A DNA stretch of 41,531 nt from Bacteroidales bacterium UBA1237 (GCA_002308935.1 DBWN01000069.1:1-41531); one strand, 5' to 3'; shown: positions 25,269 through 34,587, counted from the stretch's first letter. Made by a program: numbers and translations. The notes: generated from the sequence alone by a model not told the origin.

Positions 25269-26342
25269 ATGATCGAAAGAAAGGAGAATTGCCCCTTGCA
25301 TGACAGGAATACCTTCGGAATGAAGGTGAAGTGCCGTCTTCTGCTTGAACTGGATTCTCCACAGGACCTTCTTTCTTTGGATATGGAATCTCTTCCCAAG
25401 CCGGTTTTCGTGATGGGTGGAGGTTCCAATCTGCTTTTCTTGGGGGACTTCCCTGGAACAGTGATCCATCCCTCCTTCAAATCTCTTTCTATCCAAGAAT
25501 CTCCTTCGGGGTATCCCGAGGGGACTGTGCTTGTCAAAGTCGGTGCCGGAATCGTGTTTGACGATTTCTGCGGATGGGCTGCTGACAAAGGCCTTTGGGG
25601 TGCGGAGAACCTTTCTCTCATCCCTGGAGAAGCAGGTGCTTCCGCTGTGCAGAACATCGGTGCATACGGGGTTGAGGCCAAGGACATCATAGAGACTGTC
25701 CACGTGTTCGACAAGAATACCCGTACTTTCTCTGACATACCATGCGGGGAGTGCGCCTACGGATACAGGACATCCAATTTCAAGACTGTCTGGAAGGGAC
25801 GTTTCATAGTGACTGCTGTCACTTTCCGTCTTTCACGCGTTCCCGCTCCGAAACTTGACTACGGCGGGGTCCGTTCCGCTCTTGCCGAGAGATATCCTTC
25901 CGAAGAGGAACTCACTCCTTCGATGATCCGCGAAACTGTGATTTCAATCCGGAGGAAGAAACTTCCTGACCCCTCTGAGACAGGAAGCGCCGGCAGTTTC
26001 TTCTGCAATCCGGTCATATCACGGGAACATTTCCTGTCAATTCTCGAAAAGGAACGTGCCGAAAAAGGAGCTGATTACATGGTTCCCCATTACGATGTCG
26101 GGGATATGGTCAAAGTCCCTGCCGCCTGGATGATAGAGCAGTGCGGGTTCAAGGGCGTGAGACATGGTGGCGCGCAGGTCTATCCAAAGCAGCCGCTCGT
26201 GATAGTCAATTCGACGGGTGACGCTCTTCCCTCTGAAATCCTCGAACTTGAAAGAAGGGTGATATCGTCGGTCAATGAAAGGTACGGAATCGTACTGCAT
26301 CCGGAAGTGGAACATGTGGGATCCGTCCCCTCTGAAACATAG
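25269..26342 (+). CDS. murB: UDP-N-acetylenolpyruvoylglucosamine reductase
   Basis: NTFG, GGGSNLL, ENLSLIPG, QNIGAYG, YGYRTS, GSAGSFFCNP and LHPEV motifs. Confidence 0.97.
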   Translation: MIERKENCPLHDRNTFGMKVKCRLLLELDSPQDLLSLDMESLPKPVFVMGGGSNLLFLGDFPGTVIHPSFKSLSIQESPSGYPEGTVLVKVGAGIVFDDFCGWAADKGLWGAENLSLIPGEAGASAVQNIGAYGVEAKDIIETVHVFDKNTRTFSDIPCGECAYGYRTSNFKTVWKGRFIVTAVTFRLSRVPAPKLDYGGVRSALAERYPSEEELTPSMIRETVISIRRKKLPDPSETGSAGSFFCNPVISREHFLSILEKERAEKGADYMVPHYDVGDMVKVPAAWMIEQCGFKGVRHGGAQVYPKQPLVIVNSTGDALPSEILELERRVISSVNERYGIVLHPEVEHVGSVPSET

Positions 26343-26350
26343 AATTCATT

Positions 26351-27661
26351 ATGGGAAAATTCATTATCGAAGGCGGACACCGCCTGCAGGGAGAAATTAC
26401 TCCGCAAGGTGCAAAGAACGAGGCTCTCGAGGTCATAAGCGCAGTGCTTCTTACCTCTGATCCCGTCGTCATCTCGAACGTGCCTGAGATCCTGGACGTA
26501 AAGAACCTCATAGGACTTCTCCAGGGGATGGGAGTGAAGGTGGAGCGTCTGGAGAAGGGGGTGTACCGTTTCCAGGCTGACGAGGTGGACACTTCCTACA
26601 TCGAGACGGAGGAGTTCGTCAAGAAATGCGCCGCCTTGAGAGGTTCCGTCATGGTCGTGGGACCGCTTCTGGCACGTTTCGGACACGCCTGGTTCGCCAA
26701 ACCCGGAGGGGACAAGATCGGACGCCGCAGAGTGGATACTCACCTGGCAGGTATGGTCAATCTTGGAGCCGACATGGAATACGACGCTTCAAGAAGAGCC
26801 TTCCATCTGACCAGGAAAGAACGTCTTCAGGGAAAGTACATGCTTCTTGAGGAGGCTTCAGTGACCGGTACTGCCAACATAGTGATGGCGGCTGTCATGG
26901 CTGCAGGAACCACTACTATCTACAACGCCGCTTGCGAACCTTATCTCCAGCAGCTCTGCAAGATGCTGAACCGCATGGGCGCTTTCATTGACGGAGTGGG
27001 GTCGAACCTTCTGAGGATCCATGGAGTGGTCAAACTGTACGGTACGAACCATCGTATACTTCCGGATATGATCGAAGTGGGCTCATTCATCGGAATGGCC
27101 GCCATCAACCGCAGCGAACTGACGATAAAGGACGTTTCGTGGTACGACCTTGGAATAATCCCTGACGCTTTCCGCCGCCTTGGAGTCAATCTCCAGCAAA
27201 GGGGTGACGACATCTATGTCCCCGCTCAGGAAAGTTACGAGATAGATTCTTTCCTCGACGGTTCGATAATGACCCTTGCCGACGCACCTTGGCCGGGTCT
27301 GACGCCTGACCTTCTTTCTGTCATGCTTGTAGTGGCAACGCAGTGCAAGGGAAGTGTGCTCATACACCAGAAGATGTTCGAGTCAAGGCTTTTCTTCGTT
27401 GACAAGCTCATCGACATGGGAGCCCAAATCATCCTTTGCGACCCTCACAGGGCAGTTGTGATCGGGCATGACCACAGGATTACGCTCAAGGCGGCAAGGC
27501 TGGTTTCACCCGATATCCGTGCGGGTATAGCGATGCTGTTGGCGGCAATGAGCGCCAAGGGAACCTCTGTCATCGAGAACATCGAGCAGATTGACCGTGG
27601 ATATGAGGACATCGAAGGAAGACTCAACGCCCTCGGTGCGCATATAAAGAGGGAACCGTAG
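26351..27661 (+). CDS. murA: UDP-N-acetylglucosamine 1-carboxyvinyltransferase
   Basis: GAKNEAL, LRGS, PGGDKIGRR, SVTGTANI, NAACEP, MFESR, DIRAG and IDRGYE motifs. Confidence 0.98.
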   Translation: MGKFIIEGGHRLQGEITPQGAKNEALEVISAVLLTSDPVVISNVPEILDVKNLIGLLQGMGVKVERLEKGVYRFQADEVDTSYIETEEFVKKCAALRGSVMVVGPLLARFGHAWFAKPGGDKIGRRRVDTHLAGMVNLGADMEYDASRRAFHLTRKERLQGKYMLLEEASVTGTANIVMAAVMAAGTTTIYNAACEPYLQQLCKMLNRMGAFIDGVGSNLLRIHGVVKLYGTNHRILPDMIEVGSFIGMAAINRSELTIKDVSWYDLGIIPDAFRRLGVNLQQRGDDIYVPAQESYEIDSFLDGSIMTLADAPWPGLTPDLLSVMLVVATQCKGSVLIHQKMFESRLFFVDKLIDMGAQIILCDPHRAVVIGHDHRITLKAARLVSPDIRAGIAMLLAAMSAKGTSVIENIEQIDRGYEDIEGRLNALGAHIKREP

Positions 27662-27664
27662 GAC

Positions 27665-28528
27665 TTATTGCGACTGATCCTGGGACCATGCGTTGAGGAT
27701 TATCCCTCCCGCCTTTTCCATCCTTTCCCTGCAAAGGGAAATCATCCTGTCAGCATCTTTTTTCCGGTCCAGAGTGAGATCCGGAAGCACCGGCTCGCAC
27801 ACATGCACTGTGAGCAGCGGATCGTCCTTCTTTCCGAAAAGTGAGAAGAACCCTTTCCTTTCCCTGCAGGTTATGAAGCATGGCACAACCGGACAGTCCC
27901 ACTTGTGGGCGAGGGTGAAAGAACCTTTCCGGAACGGGCGCAGAAGGGGATAGAAGTCCCATCTTACGGCCTCAGGGAAAATGAGCGCCCATCTACCCTT
28001 CTCATGGTAATAGTCCATAGCTTCGTCGAACTTGCGCATTCCGTCACGGGTTTCAGCCACAGGGATGCCTCCCACGTACCTGAGGAACCATACGTCGTTG
28101 CCGTTGAAATGACGGGAGTACATCGGGATGACGAACCTTCTGAAGGGTTGGAGAGCCATGTTGACGCATACGGCGTCCATCCTGTAGACGTGGTTGCTGA
28201 TGGCGAGGGCGCCTTTACGGAGCTGTTTGCGGTAGGGACGGAGGTTCTTTTTGCCCTCGATCTTGAGACCGTATTTGAAAAGGTTGACCATTGTCGCCCC
28301 GAACCACAGGACAAAGAATCCCACAAACCAGTTGAGCTTGAATTTCAGGGACTTGTCGATATAAGGATATGAGGAGTCGAATGCGAATCCGCCCTCTATG
28401 TCATCGGGGTTGTCTACTTTTACCAGCCTTTCGAGGGGATTGTCGGAAGGGTACTGTGAAATGTCCTTCGGAATGAATATCCTGTCTTCGACAGAATATG
28501 GTCTGCCGCCGATCGTGCCTTGTTTCAT
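27665..28528 (-). CDS. PlsC-like (LPLAT superfamily) acyltransferase
   Basis: Catalytic HxxxxD motif (SNHVYRMD), LIFPEA, RPFRKGSF, PVVP. Confidence 0.85.
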   Translation of the reverse strand: MKQGTIGGRPYSVEDRIFIPKDISQYPSDNPLERLVKVDNPDDIEGGFAFDSSYPYIDKSLKFKLNWFVGFFVLWFGATMVNLFKYGLKIEGKKNLRPYRKQLRKGALAISNHVYRMDAVCVNMALQPFRRFVIPMYSRHFNGNDVWFLRYVGGIPVAETRDGMRKFDEAMDYYHEKGRWALIFPEAVRWDFYPLLRPFRKGSFTLAHKWDCPVVPCFITCRERKGFFSLFGKKDDPLLTVHVCEPVLPDLTLDRKKDADRMISLCRERMEKAGGIILNAWSQDQSQ

Positions 28529-28550
28529 TTGTAGCGCATATTGATTGATG

Positions 28551-28558
28551 CAAATATA
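28551..28558 (-). promoter_or_regulatory. -7 promoter element for the acyltransferase
   Basis: TATATTTG on the minus strand, 22 nt upstream of the ATG. Confidence 0.65.
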
Positions 28559-28595
28559 GCACAAAGTCTACCTTTTGTCAATTATTGTCCCCAAA

Positions 28596-28631
28596 TAAAC
28601 AAAGGTCCGGAACAAAATCATGTCCCGGACC
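28596..28631 (-). terminator. Terminator after the secreted hydrolase
   Basis: Minus strand GGTCCGGGAC...GTTCCGGACC followed by TTTGTTTT. Confidence 0.75.
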
Positions 28632-28655
28632 ATGTAGGTCTTGAGTGAGGGCCTT

Positions 28656-30770
28656 CTATTCGCTTACAACCACTCTCATCTTGCCGAGGTTGGGGATGCA
28701 GGTGTAGGGCGTCTGAGCATCGCCATGGCGCTCTGAGAAGACCTTGACGGTCGGGAAATAAGTCCCAGCTTCGCTGAAGGAGACTTCCGTATCGAATTCC
28801 AGATGCTCTCCATCCTTGCTGAACACTCCGTTTGAAAGGTCAACATCCTTTGAGAAGATGCCGCTTCCGTCCATGCACCATTTGGCGCTCACGACCCTTC
28901 CTGTCCCTTCCGGTACGTCAACGCTCACGTGCATGCGTACAGTCTGTCCGGCCTTGATCTCTGCTTTTTCGCTTCCCTCTACGGTCACTTTGACAGTGGG
29001 CTGGATTCCTCCGCGTGTGCTTCCGTCTTCACTTAAAAGCACTTGAGCTTCTTCAATCCTGTAGTCAGTGGTGGGGGAGGGAGATACTCCTCTTTCGACC
29101 CAGTCGCTCAGGTCCAGAAGAGCCTGATAGAGGACAGTGGTGTAGTCCACTACTTCAGTGGGGTCATCTTCTCCTCCATGGGTGCTCCTGTCCGTGTACC
29201 AAAGGCGGAAGCTTTCATCAGCGGACTCTCCGAGGTATTCAGTCACCTTCGTACGGTACCAGTCCCCTTGCCAGGGGAATGCCTCCCTGTCCCATACGGA
29301 GCAGCAGAGGATCATCTTCCCGTGTATCTTTCCTGTGGGAAGAATGCCTGAAGCAGATGTCGTGATGATGGGACCTATCAGCATAGGGCGCTGGGGGTAA
29401 ACAGGAATGCCGTTGAAACTTCTGAACTGGTCCCAGACATAGAAGTCCCTTGTCGGAACCTGATGACGGTAATATGTCTCGAATGCGAGCCAGTCACTGT
29501 TGTCTATCTGGACCCTGTCTCCCTCGTTTACAGATGCGAGAAGTTCAGGAGCGTTGACGGATGCCAGTATCACGTAAGCGCCCTTTGTCCCGCTTATCTG
29601 AAGCTGCTGACCTTCACCTTTTCCGGAAAGGAGCATCATTTCTCCTCCAAGTGTGTGCATCTCGACAGGGTGGTCGATCTCGAAGGCGACGGGTTTTTCT
29701 TTAAAGCCTGTCCCGAGACTTGCCCAAGCCCTGTCGGCGCTGCCCTTGTCGGCTTCGGAAATAGGAGCGACAAGACCTAGACGCTCAGCTTCTGACTGGC
29801 CGACAGCACGTTTCACGACAGCCTTTTCCTGGAGGTGGTCCCTTTGAAGAGAGGGGGGATTGTCATAACCAAGATACCCCGGCTTGTTCCAGAAATCTTC
29901 CCTGAAATAGGGAAGGTCCATTCCGATAAGACTCCTGTAGAGCACAGTGAACCCGTGTGCGTCCATATGCTTCCAGCCATACCATGACTTTATCGGGAAT
30001 CCCATGCCGGTTGCCTCTTTGAGCACTTGACGCTCTTCTGTGTTGAGGGTGGTGTAGGGGTCTCCGCTTCCTCCCGGTCTCATGGCGTCAATGATGTCAT
30101 CCATCTTGTCCCTCAGTATCCTGAGCGCGTACATGCGGACACCGAACACGTTGGGTATTGCCTGGGGTGAACCGAGGACGAAAGGGACGGATCCGTCCCA
30201 CACTCCTTCAGTGGCTTCCATTCCGCCGGTCGTGCGGTAAGCTCCGCCGCTTCCTCCGAAGCAGTATCCATAAGGACGTGGACAGTCGTACAGAAGCTTT
30301 GCGATGTACCTGGAAAACTCAGCGCAGGCTGCGTTCGCCCGGTATGCTCCGATCGAGGAATCTTTGGAAGTGTCTCCAGGATTGAAGGCTCCTCCTTCAT
30401 TCGTCTCTATGAAATACGCTCCATGTGCTATGCTGAATCCTATCGGGGATGCGGCATAGTAATTCTGGGCGGAAGTCTCGCTGTCCGGAAGGGGAGTGAT
30501 GTACTGGAAGAATCTTCCTGTGAAATCCTCTTTTTTCAGCGGGAAGTAAAATGAAAAACGTGTACCGTCGTCAAATCCGCCATGGATGTAACGGCATTTC
30601 ACGGGCACCTCGATGGTCTTGTCTATGTCAATGAACGGATTCTGGAAGTGTGAATCGGAAGACACGTAATCGAATTTCTGGCCTTTGAGATTTTTGACGC
30701 CTGCTGCACTGAGGCATGTCGCTGTAAGGATGAAGAATGCCGCGATTGTAATGAATAGTCTTTTGCTCAT
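28656..30770 (-). CDS. Secreted alpha/beta-hydrolase-like protein (tannase/feruloyl-esterase-like) with a C-terminal PKD/Ig-like domain
   Basis: Signal peptide; YCFGGSGGAYRT (G-x-S-x-G); WDGSVP; LLDLSDWVERG; beta-rich tail ending FSEAGTYFPTVKV. The coding call is firm; the function is inferred. Confidence 0.6.
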   Translation of the reverse strand: MSKRLFITIAAFFILTATCLSAAGVKNLKGQKFDYVSSDSHFQNPFIDIDKTIEVPVKCRYIHGGFDDGTRFSFYFPLKKEDFTGRFFQYITPLPDSETSAQNYYAASPIGFSIAHGAYFIETNEGGAFNPGDTSKDSSIGAYRANAACAEFSRYIAKLLYDCPRPYGYCFGGSGGAYRTTGGMEATEGVWDGSVPFVLGSPQAIPNVFGVRMYALRILRDKMDDIIDAMRPGGSGDPYTTLNTEERQVLKEATGMGFPIKSWYGWKHMDAHGFTVLYRSLIGMDLPYFREDFWNKPGYLGYDNPPSLQRDHLQEKAVVKRAVGQSEAERLGLVAPISEADKGSADRAWASLGTGFKEKPVAFEIDHPVEMHTLGGEMMLLSGKGEGQQLQISGTKGAYVILASVNAPELLASVNEGDRVQIDNSDWLAFETYYRHQVPTRDFYVWDQFRSFNGIPVYPQRPMLIGPIITTSASGILPTGKIHGKMILCCSVWDREAFPWQGDWYRTKVTEYLGESADESFRLWYTDRSTHGGEDDPTEVVDYTTVLYQALLDLSDWVERGVSPSPTTDYRIEEAQVLLSEDGSTRGGIQPTVKVTVEGSEKAEIKAGQTVRMHVSVDVPEGTGRVVSAKWCMDGSGIFSKDVDLSNGVFSKDGEHLEFDTEVSFSEAGTYFPTVKVFSERHGDAQTPYTCIPNLGKMRVVVSE

Positions 30771-30809
30771 TTGGGGGTTATTGTGTTATCAGATCATTGT
30801 TTGGCTGCC

Positions 30810-30817
30810 CAAAGATA
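30810..30817 (-). promoter_or_regulatory. -7 promoter element for the secreted hydrolase
   Basis: TATCTTTG on the minus strand. Confidence 0.65.
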
Positions 30818-30901
30818 CTCATTTTGCCTGAGATTGTCCTCTATTCTTGCCGCAGAAATATGATGTGATCGGGCGGGGCATCACTTTTGCTGAAAAATTC
30901 G

Positions 30902-30909
30902 TAAATTTG
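30902..30909 (+). promoter_or_regulatory. -7 promoter element for the membrane protein-thioesterase-nadE operon
   Basis: TAAATTTG 25 nt upstream of ATG 30935. Confidence 0.6.
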
Positions 30910-30934
30910 GAAGTTGTACAACAATCATCCGGAC

Positions 30935-32005
30935 ATGGAAATATCATCAAAGGACCTTTCGCGTCTCGCTTTAGGGAAAGCCAGAACCGTGAAGAGTTAC
31001 TTCTGGACAGCGGCATGCATTTTTCTTGTCGGTGTCAATATAGCGGTGTTCCTTCTGATTCCGCACATCCTTTCCGCGGTCGCTATAATCTTGTCGAACG
31101 TCATAACGCTCATAATAGCCCTTCTTGCATACAAGCCGGTGAACAGCCTTCTTCAGGATGCTCTTCTTGAGAGGCAGAAGGAACTTATCGAGAAACTTGA
31201 GAAGGACAAGGAACTGGAACTCAAGGTTGAACGCCTTGAAAGGGAGAATAGGGACCTTTCCGACAAACTGGATACAAGGACCCAGACTGCTGCCATCCCT
31301 TCGAATATCGACTACACCTTCAAACTGGAGCAGCTTGAATACACCAAGAAGGGTTATGTCGTTAAAGAGGATGATCTTGCAACGCTTGACGACACCCTCT
31401 ATCCTATACCCGAAAAGAAGTTCGAAGCATTCCTGTCAGAACTCCTTTCCAAGGATCCCGGACAGAAGAAGGTGCTCTACATCCATAAGCACTACTACAA
31501 GGCTTCAATCGGGATTGATTTCGGGGAGATAATGTACGCCACCGCTGAGGACAAGCTCCTTTTCTACGGGGTGGAATTCCGTAAACTCCATGACATAAGC
31601 AGCGAGCTTGACAAGGATCCTTCGGACATCGACCGCTGTGAGGTCCTACGTATCGTGGGTGACCGCACTGAGATCTCCCAGGACAAGGACTACGACGAGC
31701 TCAAGGAACTCTACCGTCAGGAGCAGGAGGCTGAGGTCAAGTCCAGCATGGAGGAGGACATGAACGCCATGTGCAGGCAGTACACGGTCGCCCTTCAGGA
31801 CAGTATCCGTGACCGTTTCGGGGACAGGGTTGATTTCGTTGACACGATCGAAGGACACAGGGACGTCAACTGGTACGCCCTCAAGGTCAGCACTGATCCT
31901 ATGGTGAGGGAAGTCGCCGGAGCTATGCTCATGCTCACTTCGGTCATGAACCGTACACGCCTCATCGGAGAAGGCGATTCTTTGGAAGAAGTCGACAACC
32001 AATAG
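30935..32005 (+). CDS. Hypothetical membrane protein (two TM helices, coiled coil, acidic C-terminal domain)
   Basis: Two adjacent hydrophobic helices, then ERQKELIEKLEKDKELELKVERLERENRDL; host-like codon usage; YKASIGIDF loosely recalls DUF4230. Confidence 0.75.
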   Translation: MEISSKDLSRLALGKARTVKSYFWTAACIFLVGVNIAVFLLIPHILSAVAIILSNVITLIIALLAYKPVNSLLQDALLERQKELIEKLEKDKELELKVERLERENRDLSDKLDTRTQTAAIPSNIDYTFKLEQLEYTKKGYVVKEDDLATLDDTLYPIPEKKFEAFLSELLSKDPGQKKVLYIHKHYYKASIGIDFGEIMYATAEDKLLFYGVEFRKLHDISSELDKDPSDIDRCEVLRIVGDRTEISQDKDYDELKELYRQEQEAEVKSSMEEDMNAMCRQYTVALQDSIRDRFGDRVDFVDTIEGHRDVNWYALKVSTDPMVREVAGAMLMLTSVMNRTRLIGEGDSLEEVDNQ

Positions 32006-32022
32006 TTAATACAGCATAAGTG

Positions 32023-32409
32023 ATGTTGGAAACCGGAATAAAAGGACATAGGGAGGGCCTGGTGCAGGAGCATCAGACGGCCACCCATATCGACAGCGGG
32101 AACGTAAGAGTCTTCGCTACCGCGATGATGATAGCCATGATGGAGAAGACCTGCCTTGAAAGTGTAAGACCTTTCCTTGAAGAAGGTCAGGATACCGTAG
32201 GCACATACGTGGATGTTTCACACTGCTCCGCTACTCCCGTGGGCATGAAGGTGTGGGCGGACAGCACCCTGGTTGAGATAGACCGCCGGAGGCTGCGCTT
32301 CAAAGTGGCCGCGTATGACGAGAAAGGACTCATTGGTGAGGGATACCACGAAAGATTCATAATTGATGTCGAAAAATTCCTTTCCAAGACCGCTGCAAAG
32401 GCGGACTGA
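32023..32409 (+). CDS. Hotdog-fold thioesterase, fluoroacetyl-CoA thioesterase (FlK)-like
   Basis: VFATAMMIAMME, TVGTYVDVSHCSATPVG and IGEGYHERFII; the Thr/Glu/His triad positions are present. Confidence 0.88.
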   Translation: MLETGIKGHREGLVQEHQTATHIDSGNVRVFATAMMIAMMEKTCLESVRPFLEEGQDTVGTYVDVSHCSATPVGMKVWADSTLVEIDRRRLRFKVAAYDEKGLIGEGYHERFIIDVEKFLSKTAAKAD

Positions 32410-32435
32410 TAAGAACTGATAACCGTAGAACAGAT

Positions 32436-34526
32436 ATGGACAATTACGGATTCATAAGGGTGGCTGCTTGCTCTCCTAGAGTAAAAGTAGCTGACATTGA
32501 ATACAATACTAGTGAAATAATCTCCGCTATCGACAAGGCTGAGGAAAAGAAGGTCTCGCTTCTGGTTTTCCCGGAACTCTGTGTCACGGGATACACATGC
32601 GGTGACCTTTTCTCGCAGGATCTTCTGATAAGCGAAGCCGAAAAGGCGGTCGTGAAGATAAAGACCCATACGAGGGCAAAAGAGGTGACGGTAGTGGTCG
32701 GAGTACCGGTAAGGCACCTGGACCGCCTGTACAACTGCGCCGCAGTCATACGTAACGGAATGGTCAGAGGGCTGGTCCCCAAGTTGTATGTCCCCAACTA
32801 CGGGGAGTTCTACGAGTCCAGATGGTTCTCCAGCGGAGCGGATTTCCTCTCTCCGGGGAACGTCTCCACCGGGAATTTCCATGATGACGGCAAGGACTAT
32901 TACCGTGAGGGGACACCGTGCACAATGGTGTATGCGGGGTTCAGGACCACCATCTCCCCGAACCAGGTCTTCTCAATCGGCCATGCCTCTTTCGCCGTGG
33001 AGATCTGTGAGGACCTCTGGATGCCCGTGCCTCCTTCATCGTTCCATGCCCTTTGCGGAGCGAGGATAATAGTCAACACCTCCGCAAGCAACGAGGTTCT
33101 CATGAAGCACGAGTACAGAAAGGCTCTCGTCGCCAACCAGTCAGCCAGAACGATAAGCGGATATATTTATTGTTCAAGTTCTTATGGGGAGTCTACCCAG
33201 GATATGGTGTTCGCAGGTTCATCTATGATCTGCGAGAACGGTTCCTTCATGGCTGAAAGCGAGAGGTTCTCCACCTCCACTCAGATGATATTCGCGGACC
33301 TCGATATGGAGAAACTCTCCATCCTCCGCCAGAGGGAGACGACCTTTACGGCCATCATTCCTGACGGACGCAAATCCTCCGATATGAGAAGGCGTTACAG
33401 CATGGTGGACCTCGGCAAGGCCGCATCGACATCTTTCGAAGGTGAAATGTACCGTCATATAGAACCTCATCCCTTCGTTCCGGGAGGAGATCCTTCTGAA
33501 ATCGCCAGAAGGGCGGAAGAGATCACCTCAATCCAGGTGATGGGCCTTATGACAAGGCTGGAGCACATCGGCTGCAAGACCGCCGTGATAGGAATCTCCG
33601 GAGGACTGGACAGCACCTTGGCTTTGCTTGTGACAGTACTTGCTTTCGACCGGCTCGGTCTTGACCGCAAAGGCATCATCGGAATCACCATGCCGGGATT
33701 CGGAACCACGGGAAGGACACACAGGAACGCCGTTGACCTCATGACTGCTCTCGGAGTGACCCAGAGGGAAATCTCAATCGTCCCTTGTGTGAGTCGTCAT
33801 TTCGAGGACATTGGACAGGACCCTTCAGTGCATGATGTCACATACGAGAACGCGCAAGCCAGGGAAAGGACCCAGATCCTTATGGATGTGGCCAACAAGG
33901 AGAACGGCCTTGTTGTCGGAACGGGCGACCTTTCGGAACTCGCTCTCGGATGGGCTACCTACAACGGTGACCACATGTCCATGTACGGAGTCAACGCATC
34001 CATCCCCAAGACACTGGTCAAGTATCTAGTCAAGTGGGCGGCCGAGAACAACTTCGGCAGTGCTGTCGCCGGCGAACGCTCCGCCAGGGAGATACTTCTT
34101 GACGTGGTTGACACTCCTATCAGTCCCGAGCTCACTCCTGCCGACGACAAGGGACAGATCAAGCAGAAGACCGAAGACCTCGTGGGACCTTACGAGCTTC
34201 ATGACTTCTTCCTTTACAACATGTTCCGTTTCGGATACTCTCCCTCGAAGATATTCTTCATGGCCAAGAAGGCTTTCATCGGAAAGAAGGAAGACGCGTC
34301 AGTATTCCTGGGCCCCGAAGGCAAGTTCAATGAGTATGACGGACAGACCATTCTCAAGTGGCTCAAGAAATTCTACTGGAGGTTCTTCAGCCAGCAGTTC
34401 AAGCGCTCATGCCTCCCTGACGGCCCAAAGGTGGGTTCCGTGTCCCTTTCACCCAGAGGAGATCTCAGAATGCCCTCCGACGCCAAAGTCGCACTCTGGA
34501 TATCAGATTTGGAGAAACTGCAGTAG
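32436..34526 (+). CDS. nadE: Glutamine-dependent NAD+ synthetase
   Basis: Nitrilase domain (FPEL, VPK, EICEDLW) plus synthetase domain (GISGGLDS, ENAQARER, GTGDLSE, QQFKRSCLPDGPK). Confidence 0.97.
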   Translation: MDNYGFIRVAACSPRVKVADIEYNTSEIISAIDKAEEKKVSLLVFPELCVTGYTCGDLFSQDLLISEAEKAVVKIKTHTRAKEVTVVVGVPVRHLDRLYNCAAVIRNGMVRGLVPKLYVPNYGEFYESRWFSSGADFLSPGNVSTGNFHDDGKDYYREGTPCTMVYAGFRTTISPNQVFSIGHASFAVEICEDLWMPVPPSSFHALCGARIIVNTSASNEVLMKHEYRKALVANQSARTISGYIYCSSSYGESTQDMVFAGSSMICENGSFMAESERFSTSTQMIFADLDMEKLSILRQRETTFTAIIPDGRKSSDMRRRYSMVDLGKAASTSFEGEMYRHIEPHPFVPGGDPSEIARRAEEITSIQVMGLMTRLEHIGCKTAVIGISGGLDSTLALLVTVLAFDRLGLDRKGIIGITMPGFGTTGRTHRNAVDLMTALGVTQREISIVPCVSRHFEDIGQDPSVHDVTYENAQARERTQILMDVANKENGLVVGTGDLSELALGWATYNGDHMSMYGVNASIPKTLVKYLVKWAAENNFGSAVAGERSAREILLDVVDTPISPELTPADDKGQIKQKTEDLVGPYELHDFFLYNMFRFGYSPSKIFFMAKKAFIGKKEDASVFLGPEGKFNEYDGQTILKWLKKFYWRFFSQQFKRSCLPDGPKVGSVSLSPRGDLRMPSDAKVALWISDLEKLQ

Positions 34527-34551
34527 AGGCAGTTACATGACAGTATACATT

Positions 34552-34587
34552 ACGCGGACAGGCCGGAGAATTCCGGCCTGTCTGTGT
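34552..34587. terminator. Long hairpin/terminator between convergent nadE and PNP
   Basis: GGACAGGCCGGA-GAAT-TCCGGCCTGTCT. Confidence 0.7.

Noticed and set aside
32187-32882. 231-aa minus-strand ORF
   Set aside because: Spans the thioesterase and nadE antisense; no motifs.
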